A program made the translations under genes and the position numbers. Below, piece by piece: positions 1 to 9,980 of a stretch of 64,000 nt of DNA. Source of the DNA: Leptolyngbyaceae cyanobacterium (GTDB lineage Bacteria; Cyanobacteriota; Cyanobacteriia; Phormidesmidales; Phormidesmidaceae); the NCBI GenBank assembly GCA_965263355.1, contig CBDHHL010000032.1, positions 3,616,001 through 3,680,000 of the forward strand, written 5' to 3'. The notes under the pieces were generated by a model. It was not told the DNA's origin, searched no databases, and was given only the letters and a program-made list of their open reading frames with translations. The first letter of the stretch is position 1; every line of letters begins with the position of its first letter.

Positions 1-120
1 TTGAAGTCTTCACTTTTAGCGGTTCCTAGCCGGTTTGCTTTTGGGCTCAAGGTAACCCTGTCTGCATAGCTTGGGCCAAACGTATATCATGACAATAGTC
101 ATGAATTTTTGTAAACAGCT

Positions 121-735
121 TTGACTTCAACGCTTGGACCGCTATCAAAGGCTCACAAGGCTGCCGGTTGGCATTCTCTAGATATGCTTTGGCAGGGGGA
201 TGAAACGGTTGTTAAGAGGGGGTTGCCCCATGATCAGCTATCGCCAGCCTGGCAGATCTTGATGCTAGGTGACGGTTCCCCTACCAGGCATCTACAGTTA
301 CTGACGCGGGAGCCCACTGAGGTTGATGTCATTGAAATGTCCCTGGTGGGGATGGCGAATGATGGTGCTCCAGCTCCGATTAGTTATGTCCCTGGGCCTC
401 GTTTAAGACGCCAAGTCTGGTTGCGTACGGCGTCAGGGCAGCGTTTAGCCTATGCCACATCTTGGTGGGAAGCCAGTCATGTGGATGACTACCTGAAGAA
501 TCGTTCCCTACCTATTTGGGCGAGTTTGGCCAATTTACGCACAGAGCTTTATCGCGATATTCAAGGCATCTACTATGGTTGGTGTCCACCTCTAGAAGCT
601 GCTTTTGGTCAGAAGGGGCCGTTCTGGGGACGTCATTATTTATTTTGGCACCATGGCAAGCCGCTGACCCTCATTTATGAGGTTTTTTCGCCTTATTTAA
701 TGCGATACCTGGGGCCTATGCGGTCATCTTTGTAG
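121..735 (+). CDS. Chorismate pyruvate-lyase family protein (DUF98/UbiC-like)
   Basis: Cyanobacterial motifs LGDGSPTRHL, RRQVWL and FWGRHYLFWH...LTLIYEVFSP. Confidence 0.85.
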   Translation: MTSTLGPLSKAHKAAGWHSLDMLWQGDETVVKRGLPHDQLSPAWQILMLGDGSPTRHLQLLTREPTEVDVIEMSLVGMANDGAPAPISYVPGPRLRRQVWLRTASGQRLAYATSWWEASHVDDYLKNRSLPIWASLANLRTELYRDIQGIYYGWCPPLEAAFGQKGPFWGRHYLFWHHGKPLTLIYEVFSPYLMRYLGPMRSSL

Positions 736-753
736 GGGATGCCATGCCGCCCC

Positions 754-933
754 TTACAATACTTCATTTGTTTTTGTTGGGGGGGGAGTTTGATGGCGTC
801 GTTTACGACATCGGTCAGAGCAATATTTCACCTCATCCCAGCAGTCAGCCCATTTTTTACGCCAGGTAAAGGGGCGTCGACAGACTAAGCAGGTTTTTGT
901 GGGTAAATCGGATTTTCGACGTTGTCGGGCCAT
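754..933 (-). CDS. DUF2256 family small Cys-rich protein
   Basis: [19 protein letters not shown]...VKYCSDRCR signature; start taken at ATG 933. Confidence 0.85.
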   Translation of the reverse strand: MARQRRKSDLPTKTCLVCRRPFTWRKKWADCWDEVKYCSDRCRKRRHQTPPPTKTNEVL

Positions 934-1020
934 ATTTTTGATTAAATGTTTTTCTAAACTAATGCTCGCGGTATGCTCAGGAACTAGTCTAAAAGGCATC
1001 GGCTAACGGTGCCGGTTTAG

Positions 1021-1803
1021 ATGCAGCTTGTTTGCGATCGCATGTCCTCTGACCCATCCCTAGCTCTACTACGTATTGTCTTAGTTGAACCCGCTGGTCC
1101 CTTGAATATCGGTTCAGTCGCACGGGTGATGAAAAATTTCGGGCTATCCCAGCTCGTTTTAGTGAATCCCCAATGTGACCCCCAATGTGACGATGCTAGG
1201 CAAATGGCAGTCCATGCCTACGATGTCATTCAGACATCAAGGACGGTGGCTACGTTGCCTGAGGCATTGACGGGTTGTCAGCGAGCGATTGCTACTACAG
1301 CCCGTGCCCGTGATCTCAAAACTCCCCTCGAATTACCTCAGTTGGCCTTACCCTGGTTGCTAGAAGCAATGCCCACTGCACTCATTTTTGGCCCCGAAGA
1401 TCGGGGGCTCAATAACGACGAAATGCTGCAAGCTCAGCGTTTTATTAAAATTGATACCTGTCCTCACTATGAGTCTTTAAACTTAGCCCAAGCGGTTGCT
1501 ATTTGCTGCTATGAACTGTCTCGGGTGGGGCAACGATCGTTATCTATCGAGTCATTTCCTGAGTCAGGAACGCCCAGTAACACTGCCACTCTGGATGAGC
1601 TGGATGGGTATTATCAGCATCTAGAGTCGATTTTGTTGAAAATCGGCTATCTTTATCCCCATACGGCTCCTAGCCGCATGCGGAAATTTCGACAACTGGG
1701 GCATCGTGCCGCCCTATCTACCCAGGATGTTGCCATGCTGCGCGGTATCCTACGACAAATAGATTGGGCCACTCATCAAAAAATTGATTCTAAGTCCCCT
1801 TAG
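1021..1803 (+). CDS. trmJ: TrmJ/LasT-family SPOUT RNA methyltransferase
   Basis: IVLVEP..PLNIGSVARVMKNFG, FGPEDRGL and SLNLAQAVAI motifs. Confidence 0.85.
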   Translation: MQLVCDRMSSDPSLALLRIVLVEPAGPLNIGSVARVMKNFGLSQLVLVNPQCDPQCDDARQMAVHAYDVIQTSRTVATLPEALTGCQRAIATTARARDLKTPLELPQLALPWLLEAMPTALIFGPEDRGLNNDEMLQAQRFIKIDTCPHYESLNLAQAVAICCYELSRVGQRSLSIESFPESGTPSNTATLDELDGYYQHLESILLKIGYLYPHTAPSRMRKFRQLGHRAALSTQDVAMLRGILRQIDWATHQKIDSKSP

Positions 1804-1845
1804 GTTGTCCCAACGTTCCTTATATGTTGGGCGATCATTAGCAAT

Positions 1846-3180
1846 GTGTTCAAACCTATGACGGATCCACAGCAGCCTTATCCTAAATCACGTCGATCTG
1901 GTCGACCGCGGCGGCAGCGTAGAACTAATTCTTTTGGGCAGCCATCAGAGCGGCAACGGTCTGTCAGACTACCGCAACGAACGACCAGGTCTAATGCTAA
2001 GGCTGGCATGTTTGGTGACATGGTTGATCCATCTCGTCATGTCCGCCGTACTCGCCGGAGTTCTCGGTCTACCTGGCCCCCTCAGCCGAGGGCATCGCTG
2101 CTACCCAAGTTGCCCAAGCCAGTGGTGTATAGCATTCGCTTATTGATTATTGGGCTCGGGGTGGCAGCGATCGCAGGCACGGTTCTATCGGTGTTTACAC
2201 CAGCTGATGATCAGTTAACCAATGGCACCGCTGCTGAAACTCAGTCAACCGTTACTGCATCTAAGGCTCCTGAAAATGATGTGCTCGTTCGCACTCAAGA
2301 ATTAACAGACTTGACGACGACTCTAGTGGAGCTACAGGAGCTTTTTCCGATGCTTACTCCAACTATTTATGCATTTGATTTAGATACGGGCAACTACATA
2401 GATGTTTCTGGTACTACAGAAACGCCAGCAGCCAGTACAATCAAGCTGCCGATTTTGTTGGCTTTTTTTAAGGCTGTAGATGATGGCCGGATCCCTTTGG
2501 AACAGACCCTAGCTATGCAGTCGAGTCAGATTGCTGCCGGTTCGGGTGATATGCAGGTTGAGCCTCCAGGAACGCGCTATACCGCATTGGAGGTGGCAAC
2601 CCAGATGATTATTAACAGCGATAATACGGCCACCAACATGATGATCGATTTGTTGGGAGGGGCCACAGAACTGAATCAGCAGTTTGCTGATTGGGGGCTG
2701 ACGGCGACGGTTCTGCGGAATCCGTTGCCTGATTTGGCAGGGACTAACACCACCAGTGCCGAAGATTTGGTGCGTATATTAGCCCATTTGCACAAGGGTG
2801 AGATTTTGAGTCTGCGCTCCCGTGACCGGGTATTAAATATTTTGCAGCGTACTTACAATAAAAAATTGCTACCAGCGGGGGTGAGTGAGACCACTGTTAG
2901 TTACAACAAAACTGGTGACATTGGTGAGGTTTTAGGAGATGTTGCCCTGATGGATTTGGCCAGTGGTAAACGATATGCGATCGCAGCCCTGGTGCAGCGT
3001 CCGGAAAATGATGGCCGTGCGCGGGAGCTGATTCGGAGGATTTCCCAGACTGTTTACCAATCTATGAATCAGCCTGTGCCTATTCCTCAACCTAGCAATG
3101 GAATTACTGAGATAGACTCTCAGTCTGATCTTCAGCCTGATGGTGAGATACCGGATCCAGCGATTGCTAATCCTCAATAG
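1846..3180 (+). CDS. Membrane-anchored class A beta-lactamase-like serine hydrolase (low-MW PBP-like)
   Basis: SxxK (ASTIK), SDN and KTG motifs intact; Arg-rich N-terminus followed by one TM helix. Confidence 0.85.
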   Translation: MFKPMTDPQQPYPKSRRSGRPRRQRRTNSFGQPSERQRSVRLPQRTTRSNAKAGMFGDMVDPSRHVRRTRRSSRSTWPPQPRASLLPKLPKPVVYSIRLLIIGLGVAAIAGTVLSVFTPADDQLTNGTAAETQSTVTASKAPENDVLVRTQELTDLTTTLVELQELFPMLTPTIYAFDLDTGNYIDVSGTTETPAASTIKLPILLAFFKAVDDGRIPLEQTLAMQSSQIAAGSGDMQVEPPGTRYTALEVATQMIINSDNTATNMMIDLLGGATELNQQFADWGLTATVLRNPLPDLAGTNTTSAEDLVRILAHLHKGEILSLRSRDRVLNILQRTYNKKLLPAGVSETTVSYNKTGDIGEVLGDVALMDLASGKRYAIAALVQRPENDGRARELIRRISQTVYQSMNQPVPIPQPSNGITEIDSQSDLQPDGEIPDPAIANPQ

Positions 3181-3401
3181 CAGGAGCCAGTGGTCAGAAA
3201 CCAGAAGATTGTAGAGACTGTGCTTTTTGCAAGCCCCAGGTATTGGAGGCTAGTGGCCAAAATTTCGTATTACACCTGGTTATTTACAAAATACCTTGTA
3301 AAAACAGTTGACAAAATAGGCATCTTTGATGGACCCTGTCAAACAGTTTCGGGGGTTTAGTAGTCCATCTACACTCTGATACCTGTCAGCGCTAGAGGAA
3401 T

Positions 3402-5840
3402 ATGGTCAATACCCCTGTCGATATTAATCAGGTAAAACAGTTAGCTGCCACCGGGCATTTTCGTTCTGTCGCTCTGTGGCTGAACTATCCGTTGGTACCC
3501 CAAGCCATTTATGCTCAAGTTCAAACCGATCAATATCCAGGCTATTTACAGGTTTTACTTGAGTTTGAATGCATTCCAAAAAAGGATGCGTTAATTCGGT
3601 TAGTTTGCAACCGTCTTTGCCACCTAGAATCTACGGTTATACGTGGAGTTTACCTGGTGGGTCGGTTGGTCGGTACCAAACAACCCCTGTGGCAACAGCG
3701 TGTGCGGCTGCCACAGCATCGGCGTTTAGTCAAAGAGCCTGTTTCACAAGCGGCTGCTTCGTCCGACCCTGCACCAGTTATCGCTGTGCCTGAAGACGCA
3801 ACTTCCAGCCAGCCATCAATGGCTGCTGAGTCATCAACTAGTGCTCAGCCTGAAATTATTACTGCAACTACCTACGGTAGCGATGTGCGTAATGCTGTGC
3901 CGTCTTATCTAATTCCGCGAGAGTCCAATACTCAAGAGCGACGAAGGCGATTAAATCGTAGCGTTGCCCCGTTTCCCATTGTCCAAATTCGTTCAACTGA
4001 TCTTGACACCACGCAAACGTCAGCTCAGCGTCGTATAAATCGACGACGGAGCGCGCCAAAAGATGTAATTGAACAGCAGTTTAAATATCTGCGGGCCATT
4101 GTTGTCACTGGTTCGGCGGCAGCGGCCTTTATTTTAGGCTGTGTTACTGAGGCGATTTTGTCGCAGCAGGGGCAAGTTGCGCGTAAAACATCTCCCTCTT
4201 TACCGACATTCAATGACGGTGGTTGGCGTCCTCTGAGCGATGTAGAAAACCAAGAAATTACCTATCGGTCGGCTATGCGGGGTCCCACTGTACCGGCTGC
4301 CCTTGAACCGATTGCGGTGATGCCCCATGAACCCAGCAGCGATCCTGCCGACCCCACGGTCACCTTGGTGTTTGGGGGAGAGGTGCCAGTGGGGGATGTG
4401 CCATTGCAAACCCCTGATGCTGTTGCAAAGGTATTAGGTGGATTAGAGGTATTCCGAGAGGCTGATGTGGCTATGGTCGGCTTGGGCAATTCCCTAGCAA
4501 CGGCAGACACATCTTTACAGGAAAATTACTTTGACCGAACTCGACCTGATGCGTCAGATGCTCTGTTGAAGGGGGGGATTGATATTGTCGGTCTGACTGG
4601 GGACCAGACTATGGATTTTGGCCGTCAAGGCCTGATAGAAACCCTAGAAACTTTAGATAGTGCTGGTATTTACCGTGTAGGTGCTGGTCGCGATCCTCAG
4701 GAGGCTCGTCGTCCAGAAGTTTTAGAGGTAAAGGGACAGCGCATTGCTTACCTAAGTTATGCACCTGAGAGTGAGGCAGTGGCGACCTTAGGGCAAGCAG
4801 GTCTTAATATCCAAGAACGGGGCAGCATTATTGAAGATATTGCGGCTTTGCGTGAGGCGGTTGATTGGATTATTGTGAACTATCGATGGTACGGCGATCT
4901 AACTGCTGAACCCAATGAAACCCAAGTAAATCTGTCTAGATCGGCGATTGATGCTGGTGCAGACTTAGTCGTTGGTTATCATCCTCAACAGCTGCAAGGC
5001 GCTGAAGTTTATAAGTCCCGACCGATTGTCTATTCCTTGGGCGATTTTATTTTTCAGGATGCGCCCTTGGAGGACCACGATACAGCCACGCTACGAGTTT
5101 CTCTGAGGGACAAACAGATGAAGGTTGAGTTTCTACCCATTAGTGTCAGGGAGGCCCGTCCTCAGGCAGCGTCTGGAGAAACTGCAAAAGCTATTCTCAA
5201 GCAAATTCGTCAATCGTCTGAGGTGCTAGCTGCGCCACTACAATTTCCAGTTGTTTTAGATGCATTGCCTCAGACTAGTCCTTTGCTCAAGCCAAATAAG
5301 CCTGCAGCTCCTCTTAAAACCTTAGGGGAGTTAGAGCCAGGGCCATCATTCGATGATGGCCATTATTCAGATAGTCCTACTGATTATCCTGCCTATGTGA
5401 ACGAGTATGCTCCTGGGGTAGAGGGATTTACTCCAGATCCCTTTACCGATGACTTCATCTCTGAACCCGAACGTTTGGAGGATAATTCCTTTGATGACTT
5501 CAACCTTGAACCCGAACGTTTGGAGCCCAACAATGCTGTTGAACCTCAAGGGGATATTATTTCAAACCCTACAGAGCAGTCATTGCCTGGGTACGATTCA
5601 TTAGAGTTAGAGAGCTGGGGCGAGAAATCATCTCCCCAGCAAGAATTTCATCCTATGCAAGAGCGTTTAGATGGCTTTGAGCCAAGTCTTGAGTCATCTG
5701 GATTAGAACCATCAGGTGGTTTGTCAGCAATATCTGCAGATGACACAGACGATGCAACAGATGGTGATATGTCTGAAGATGTCTCTGTACAGGAGGCAAT
5801 TTCTCCCCATGATGAACCGCTGGTGGGGCCTCTGAGTTGA
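3402..5840 (+). CDS. CapA/PGA_cap-family metallophosphoesterase-like membrane protein with degenerate active site
   Basis: DAGADLVVG..YSLGDFIF C-terminal CapA signature; TM helix; acidic low-complexity tail. Confidence 0.75.
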   Translation: MVNTPVDINQVKQLAATGHFRSVALWLNYPLVPQAIYAQVQTDQYPGYLQVLLEFECIPKKDALIRLVCNRLCHLESTVIRGVYLVGRLVGTKQPLWQQRVRLPQHRRLVKEPVSQAAASSDPAPVIAVPEDATSSQPSMAAESSTSAQPEIITATTYGSDVRNAVPSYLIPRESNTQERRRRLNRSVAPFPIVQIRSTDLDTTQTSAQRRINRRRSAPKDVIEQQFKYLRAIVVTGSAAAAFILGCVTEAILSQQGQVARKTSPSLPTFNDGGWRPLSDVENQEITYRSAMRGPTVPAALEPIAVMPHEPSSDPADPTVTLVFGGEVPVGDVPLQTPDAVAKVLGGLEVFREADVAMVGLGNSLATADTSLQENYFDRTRPDASDALLKGGIDIVGLTGDQTMDFGRQGLIETLETLDSAGIYRVGAGRDPQEARRPEVLEVKGQRIAYLSYAPESEAVATLGQAGLNIQERGSIIEDIAALREAVDWIIVNYRWYGDLTAEPNETQVNLSRSAIDAGADLVVGYHPQQLQGAEVYKSRPIVYSLGDFIFQDAPLEDHDTATLRVSLRDKQMKVEFLPISVREARPQAASGETAKAILKQIRQSSEVLAAPLQFPVVLDALPQTSPLLKPNKPAAPLKTLGELEPGPSFDDGHYSDSPTDYPAYVNEYAPGVEGFTPDPFTDDFISEPERLEDNSFDDFNLEPERLEPNNAVEPQGDIISNPTEQSLPGYDSLELESWGEKSSPQQEFHPMQERLDGFEPSLESSGLEPSGGLSAISADDTDDATDGDMSEDVSVQEAISPHDEPLVGPLS

Positions 5841-6355
5841 TGGCTAACTCAAGCCGATTAGCCTTTGTTATTTCTTTAGGCTCTCCATTAATAACTTGTC
5901 ATTCTTCTGGTGGTTATAGGGTGTTATCAACTTTTCTGTATATCAGTGATACACGCGGTTAGTTAAACCGATGTATCGCCATTTCAATTAATGCAGATTA
6001 AAGAAAAAAAAATATTTAGTTTCAGCGATATTGCTCTTTCTTGAAAGCTTTGCCTGGATAGGCTTTAAGCTTTAGATGTATTTTTTTTAGTACATATTAA
6101 CTCAGTGTTATTTCTGTTTTGGATACAAGGGGTTTACCACTTCGTTAAAGATTCAGGTATACTTTTATTTTCCAGCTGGATCCTTGTAGAAATCATAGAA
6201 ACCAGGGTAACCGCGTAGCTTTTTGAGACAAAAGACACATTCTAGAGCCGTTTTATACTGATAACGTTTAGGGGCTCGGAAGAAAGAACGTAGGCAGGTC
6301 AATAAAATATGGGCCTGTTGTTGATGTTGTAATCTTTGTGAGATTTATAACCGCT

Positions 6356-6601
6356 ATGGGAAGGGCAGGAAAAGCACTAAAGCATGTACTAACTCAGTAC
6401 GGAATTAGTCAAAATCGTCTAGCCGTAACAATGGGTGTCGCCCGTTCGACGGTCAATCAATGGGTGAATGAAGTTAGCGATCCGCTAGCAGATTCTGTAC
6501 CCGAAATCATTATTGCTCTAGAAACATTAGAGCCATCAGCCGCTAGCATCTTCCTCAGCATGTATTTGGAACGCGGCGCTGAAGCAACTATTGATCGCTA
6601 G
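6356..6601 (+). CDS. XRE-family helix-turn-helix regulator
   Basis: YGISQNRLAVTMGVARSTVNQW HTH; start taken at ATG 6356. Confidence 0.8.
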   Translation: MGRAGKALKHVLTQYGISQNRLAVTMGVARSTVNQWVNEVSDPLADSVPEIIIALETLEPSAASIFLSMYLERGAEATIDR

Positions 6602-6605
6602 ATCC

Positions 6606-8081
6606 TCAAGGAATCCAGACAGGATTGATACCAGCAAAAGGAAGTTCTTGGGGTTCAATTTTTTGCGGTCTTTTGTTTAATCGATCGTCAGACGTCTGGT
6701 AAAGCGGTAGTAACCATAACTTTGCTACTGAGATCGCAATGCCATCGTTCAAAATTACTGATTTATCTGCATCAGCACTAGGCACTGTTTCATCAAATAA
6801 CAGTGCTAATCCATCAGGGGCCAGGCTCATTTGGGCAGAGGGTTGAGGCGCTAATGTAATCAGCGTTTCTACATCGCCAGTTTTCAAATTAATTGCTGAA
6901 ATAGAGGGCTGCACTTGATAGGTGTCGCTATCAAGTAGCTGGCTAGTCAGACAAAATAAAAGTTCATTGGTGGGGTCGAACTGTGCATCTAAGATCGACC
7001 CTGTAACATCGATTAAGGGTTTTTCATCTCCCTGATTTGACACCCAAAATAAAGTCTGGGTGTAGCGCTTTTCCGGGTCATCTTGGTTAAAGCTCACCAT
7101 GGCTGCTGCAGAGCCATTGTGAGCCACATCCATGACCAATCCATACTGGGGCAAAAAATCTAATGTGTCTCCACTCTGTTCATTTTGAGCATCATTCAAT
7201 GCAATGACAGCAGTACCTTGTCCCTGCTGTAGGAGAAGGGACTGGCTATCAGGCGCAATGATAAAGTCTCCACCGGGTTCGGTTTCTAAACGGCGGGGTT
7301 GTTGCCCTTGGATGATAACCCAGGGGCCAAAGTCGGCTGGGTTATCGCGTCCAACCCGCTGCACTACAATAGTTTGCCCATCGGGTGAAAGATCAAATTT
7401 CAGGTTTTGATAGTCGCTATTGTCAACTACCGTTTCAATTTGGCCGCTAGCCGCTTTAGGCCTTGTCCCCAATCCGGTAGTAACGGTATATAGTTGCTGG
7501 TCCTGTTGGCTGCTTTGCCCATTGTCTAAAGCGGCAAACAGAATCCGATCACCCTGATTGTAGGGCTTGTAATCCACAATGCTCCAACCTTTGGGAGTTA
7601 GCGCTGTTTTAGCCTGGTTGCTCAAGTTATAGAGCATCAATCTTCCCTTTTCTTCGCCCTCTACGCCGATATAGGCAAAAGCACGTTCACGGGACTTAAA
7701 GCTAGCTTCAAAGGGCACAAATTTAGCGCCTGGGCCGCTAAATCGATCGCTGGCCTGGGGTAGGCTTACCGTAAACTCGTTGCCATAGGGGGCTGGAAAG
7801 TTAAGGGTATAGGCCATGCGTCGCCCTGCCCAACTGAATCGCCCAGGCAGTGGTGGTTCGATAATCAGATTTTCTTCGACACTAGCCTGGAGCATGGGGC
7901 GGCTAAATGTGAGCAAAAAAGCAGTATCATCCGCGCCCACCTGGCGATCTTTCCAAGAAAAGTTCCTTACTTTTGCAGCGGCAGGACCTCCTAAAAGGAC
8001 CATGCCACCAATAACCACAGCTAGTAGCACCATTAATGCCTGGGCCAGGCGATCAACGGGTTGACGACGGGATTTGGCCAT
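6606..8081 (-). CDS. Exported/membrane-anchored protein with Ig-like domain and TolB-like beta-propeller
   Basis: N-terminal TM helix, LTFSRPM..SVEENL Ig-like motif, repeated SPDG-type blades. Confidence 0.65.
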   Translation of the reverse strand: MAKSRRQPVDRLAQALMVLLAVVIGGMVLLGGPAAAKVRNFSWKDRQVGADDTAFLLTFSRPMLQASVEENLIIEPPLPGRFSWAGRRMAYTLNFPAPYGNEFTVSLPQASDRFSGPGAKFVPFEASFKSRERAFAYIGVEGEEKGRLMLYNLSNQAKTALTPKGWSIVDYKPYNQGDRILFAALDNGQSSQQDQQLYTVTTGLGTRPKAASGQIETVVDNSDYQNLKFDLSPDGQTIVVQRVGRDNPADFGPWVIIQGQQPRRLETEPGGDFIIAPDSQSLLLQQGQGTAVIALNDAQNEQSGDTLDFLPQYGLVMDVAHNGSAAAMVSFNQDDPEKRYTQTLFWVSNQGDEKPLIDVTGSILDAQFDPTNELLFCLTSQLLDSDTYQVQPSISAINLKTGDVETLITLAPQPSAQMSLAPDGLALLFDETVPSADADKSVILNDGIAISVAKLWLLPLYQTSDDRLNKRPQKIEPQELPFAGINPVWIP

Positions 8082-8086
8082 AGGAA

Positions 8087-8869
8087 CTAATATTCATAAG
8101 GGTTTTTAGGTTCTGGAATGGTTTCGAGGCGAGTGGGCTCAATGGTTAACTGGCGCTGACCATTGATGGTTGCGGTCACCATTTTTCCTTCAACCTGTAA
8201 CCAGCTATCGGGTTCATAGGCCTGGCGCGATACCGCCAACTGTACCGGTAGACCAACGGGGTAAGCATCCGCTGCACAACAGGTTAAAACAAAACGCGAC
8301 AGCATAAGATAGCCTTCAGGCCAGTCCTGGGGATGGATCACAAAACCAGATACGCTAACAGATTGTCCAGTGTAAGCATCGGGTTCTGGATAAACGTTTA
8401 GGGTGCGAATCCAGTCAATAATGGTGCGATCTTCTGAGGATGCTTGGCGGATAAATCGCTGAGGTTGAGATCGCGTTAGGGTTAAACTATCCGATACCCC
8501 ACGTTGGATGGCGGCATCACTAGCAAAGGCTTGGGGTGTATAAATCAGGGATACCACGCCGATGGCTAATAGGATCAAGCTACTAAGCTGGGGGGGGAGG
8601 AGTGTAGTGTGTCCTCCGGACGAGGGTGTTTTGCGTTTGCTTTGAGTGAGTTTAAAAAGGGCCAAACCCAGCAGTACAATTCCTGCTCCATTGGCCAACC
8701 ACATGTAGTCGGGGTGAAGTAGCAAAAATAGCTTGCCAGTCAACCAATAGCGAAAAAATGCTAGACTCCAAGTCGCTAAAACGAGAGCATCCAGTAGCTC
8801 TGGTCGGTACCAGAGAGTGGGATTAACTTTCCTAGGGGATTTGTGCCCACGCTGGCGTTTAGCTGACAT
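8087..8869 (-). CDS. TIGR03943/DUF1980 (YcgQ-like) membrane protein
   Basis: TM N-terminus; SRFVLTCCAADAYPVG motif; PEPKNPYEY C-terminus. Confidence 0.85.
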   Translation of the reverse strand: MSAKRQRGHKSPRKVNPTLWYRPELLDALVLATWSLAFFRYWLTGKLFLLLHPDYMWLANGAGIVLLGLALFKLTQSKRKTPSSGGHTTLLPPQLSSLILLAIGVVSLIYTPQAFASDAAIQRGVSDSLTLTRSQPQRFIRQASSEDRTIIDWIRTLNVYPEPDAYTGQSVSVSGFVIHPQDWPEGYLMLSRFVLTCCAADAYPVGLPVQLAVSRQAYEPDSWLQVEGKMVTATINGQRQLTIEPTRLETIPEPKNPYEY

Positions 8870-9917
8870 AGAAGTTTATAAATAACGTCAAGATAAAACA
8901 GAGCTGTGCTGCCAAGACAAAGATGTAAAAGATTACCCTGGGCTTAAACAGCGTTAAGAGCAGACCAATATTTTTCAGGTCAATCATGGGGCCAAAGACT
9001 AAAAAGGCGAGCTGGGCCCCGGTGGTAAATGTGGACGCAAATGATAGGGCAAAAAATGAGTCGACTGTGGAACAAATCGACACCACCGCCGCTAGCAGCA
9101 TCATAGCCAAAATGGATGTAATGAAGTTTTGGCCCAGGGCTAAAATCCAATCTCTGGGTATAGCAACCTGAACAAATGCTGCGATCGCACTTCCCATAAT
9201 CAACACAGCACCTAATTCCCTCATCTCCTGGACCATGTTGTCCAGGGCCAACTGCAGCTTGACCGACCACGGTTTAGCAGGGCCGCTGGTAATCCTTTCT
9301 TGGGTAGCTGGGTCGTCCATCTGTAGGGTGGTGCCATCGGCCTGCATCAGAAACGTCCCTGAGCGCAGTAGGGGGCTAGCGGCTTCAGTGGAGCGAGGTT
9401 TCAGCATCTGGCGTGCCACTACGGGTTGTAATAGAGGCCGCATATCTCGCTGACGACTAAAAATCCAAGCAATCGTGATCGCAATCACTAGGGTAAACCC
9501 TACCCTCAGGAAGACAATTTCCGGCTGGCCCCGAAAGGCGACCCAAGTGGCCCAGAATACGATTGGGTTGATGGTGGGAGCCGCCAATAAAAAACCTACC
9601 GCTACAGAAGAAGGTGCTCCTTGGATGATCAATCGTCTGGCTACAGGTACATTGCCACATTCACACACCGGAAAAAAGACCCCCATCAAGCTACCGGCCA
9701 CAGATCCCAATAGAGGATGTTTCGGTAGTAGTTTAATCAGGGTGCGTTCATTGACAAAAAACAGCAGCAGGCTAGAAAACGCGACACCAATCAGCAGAAA
9801 TGGAATGGCTTCCACTAAAAGGCTAAAGAAAAGCGTCAGGCCATTACTAAATTTCTCCATGGGCAGGGTATGGATACCGTTGGGGCTCCTAGAGGTGGCC
9901 AATGATGAGTTGGCCAA
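8859..9917 (-). CDS. DUF318/ArsP_1-family permease (YcgR-like)
   Basis: PVCECGNVP, APTINP, SICSTVD and GPMIDLK motifs; the true start may be ATG 9860. Confidence 0.85.
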   Translation of the reverse strand: MANSSLATSRSPNGIHTLPMEKFSNGLTLFFSLLVEAIPFLLIGVAFSSLLLFFVNERTLIKLLPKHPLLGSVAGSLMGVFFPVCECGNVPVARRLIIQGAPSSVAVGFLLAAPTINPIVFWATWVAFRGQPEIVFLRVGFTLVIAITIAWIFSRQRDMRPLLQPVVARQMLKPRSTEAASPLLRSGTFLMQADGTTLQMDDPATQERITSGPAKPWSVKLQLALDNMVQEMRELGAVLIMGSAIAAFVQVAIPRDWILALGQNFITSILAMMLLAAVVSICSTVDSFFALSFASTFTTGAQLAFLVFGPMIDLKNIGLLLTLFKPRVIFYIFVLAAQLCFILTLFINFYVS

Positions 9918-9980
9918 TCATTTTACAGGAAATAGATTCTATCGCTTCAGAATTTATTTATGGGCGCGTTAGATAGCGAT

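Noticed and set aside
1168..1191. 12-bp tandem duplication in trmJ (PQCD twice)
   Set aside because: It is in frame and short, with no evident functional consequence.
1846..3180. Antibiotic-resistance beta-lactamase
   Set aside because: The membrane-anchored architecture matches the common cyanobacterial PBP-like serine hydrolases, and there is no mobile context.
5937..5953. NtcA box upstream of the XRE gene
   Set aside because: The spacing is GTA-N9-TAC rather than N8. A similar site near 26145 is N7.
6356..6601. XRE gene as a prophage repressor or antitoxin
   Set aside because: There is no adjacent toxin, integrase or phage gene; the flanks are ordinary chromosomal genes.
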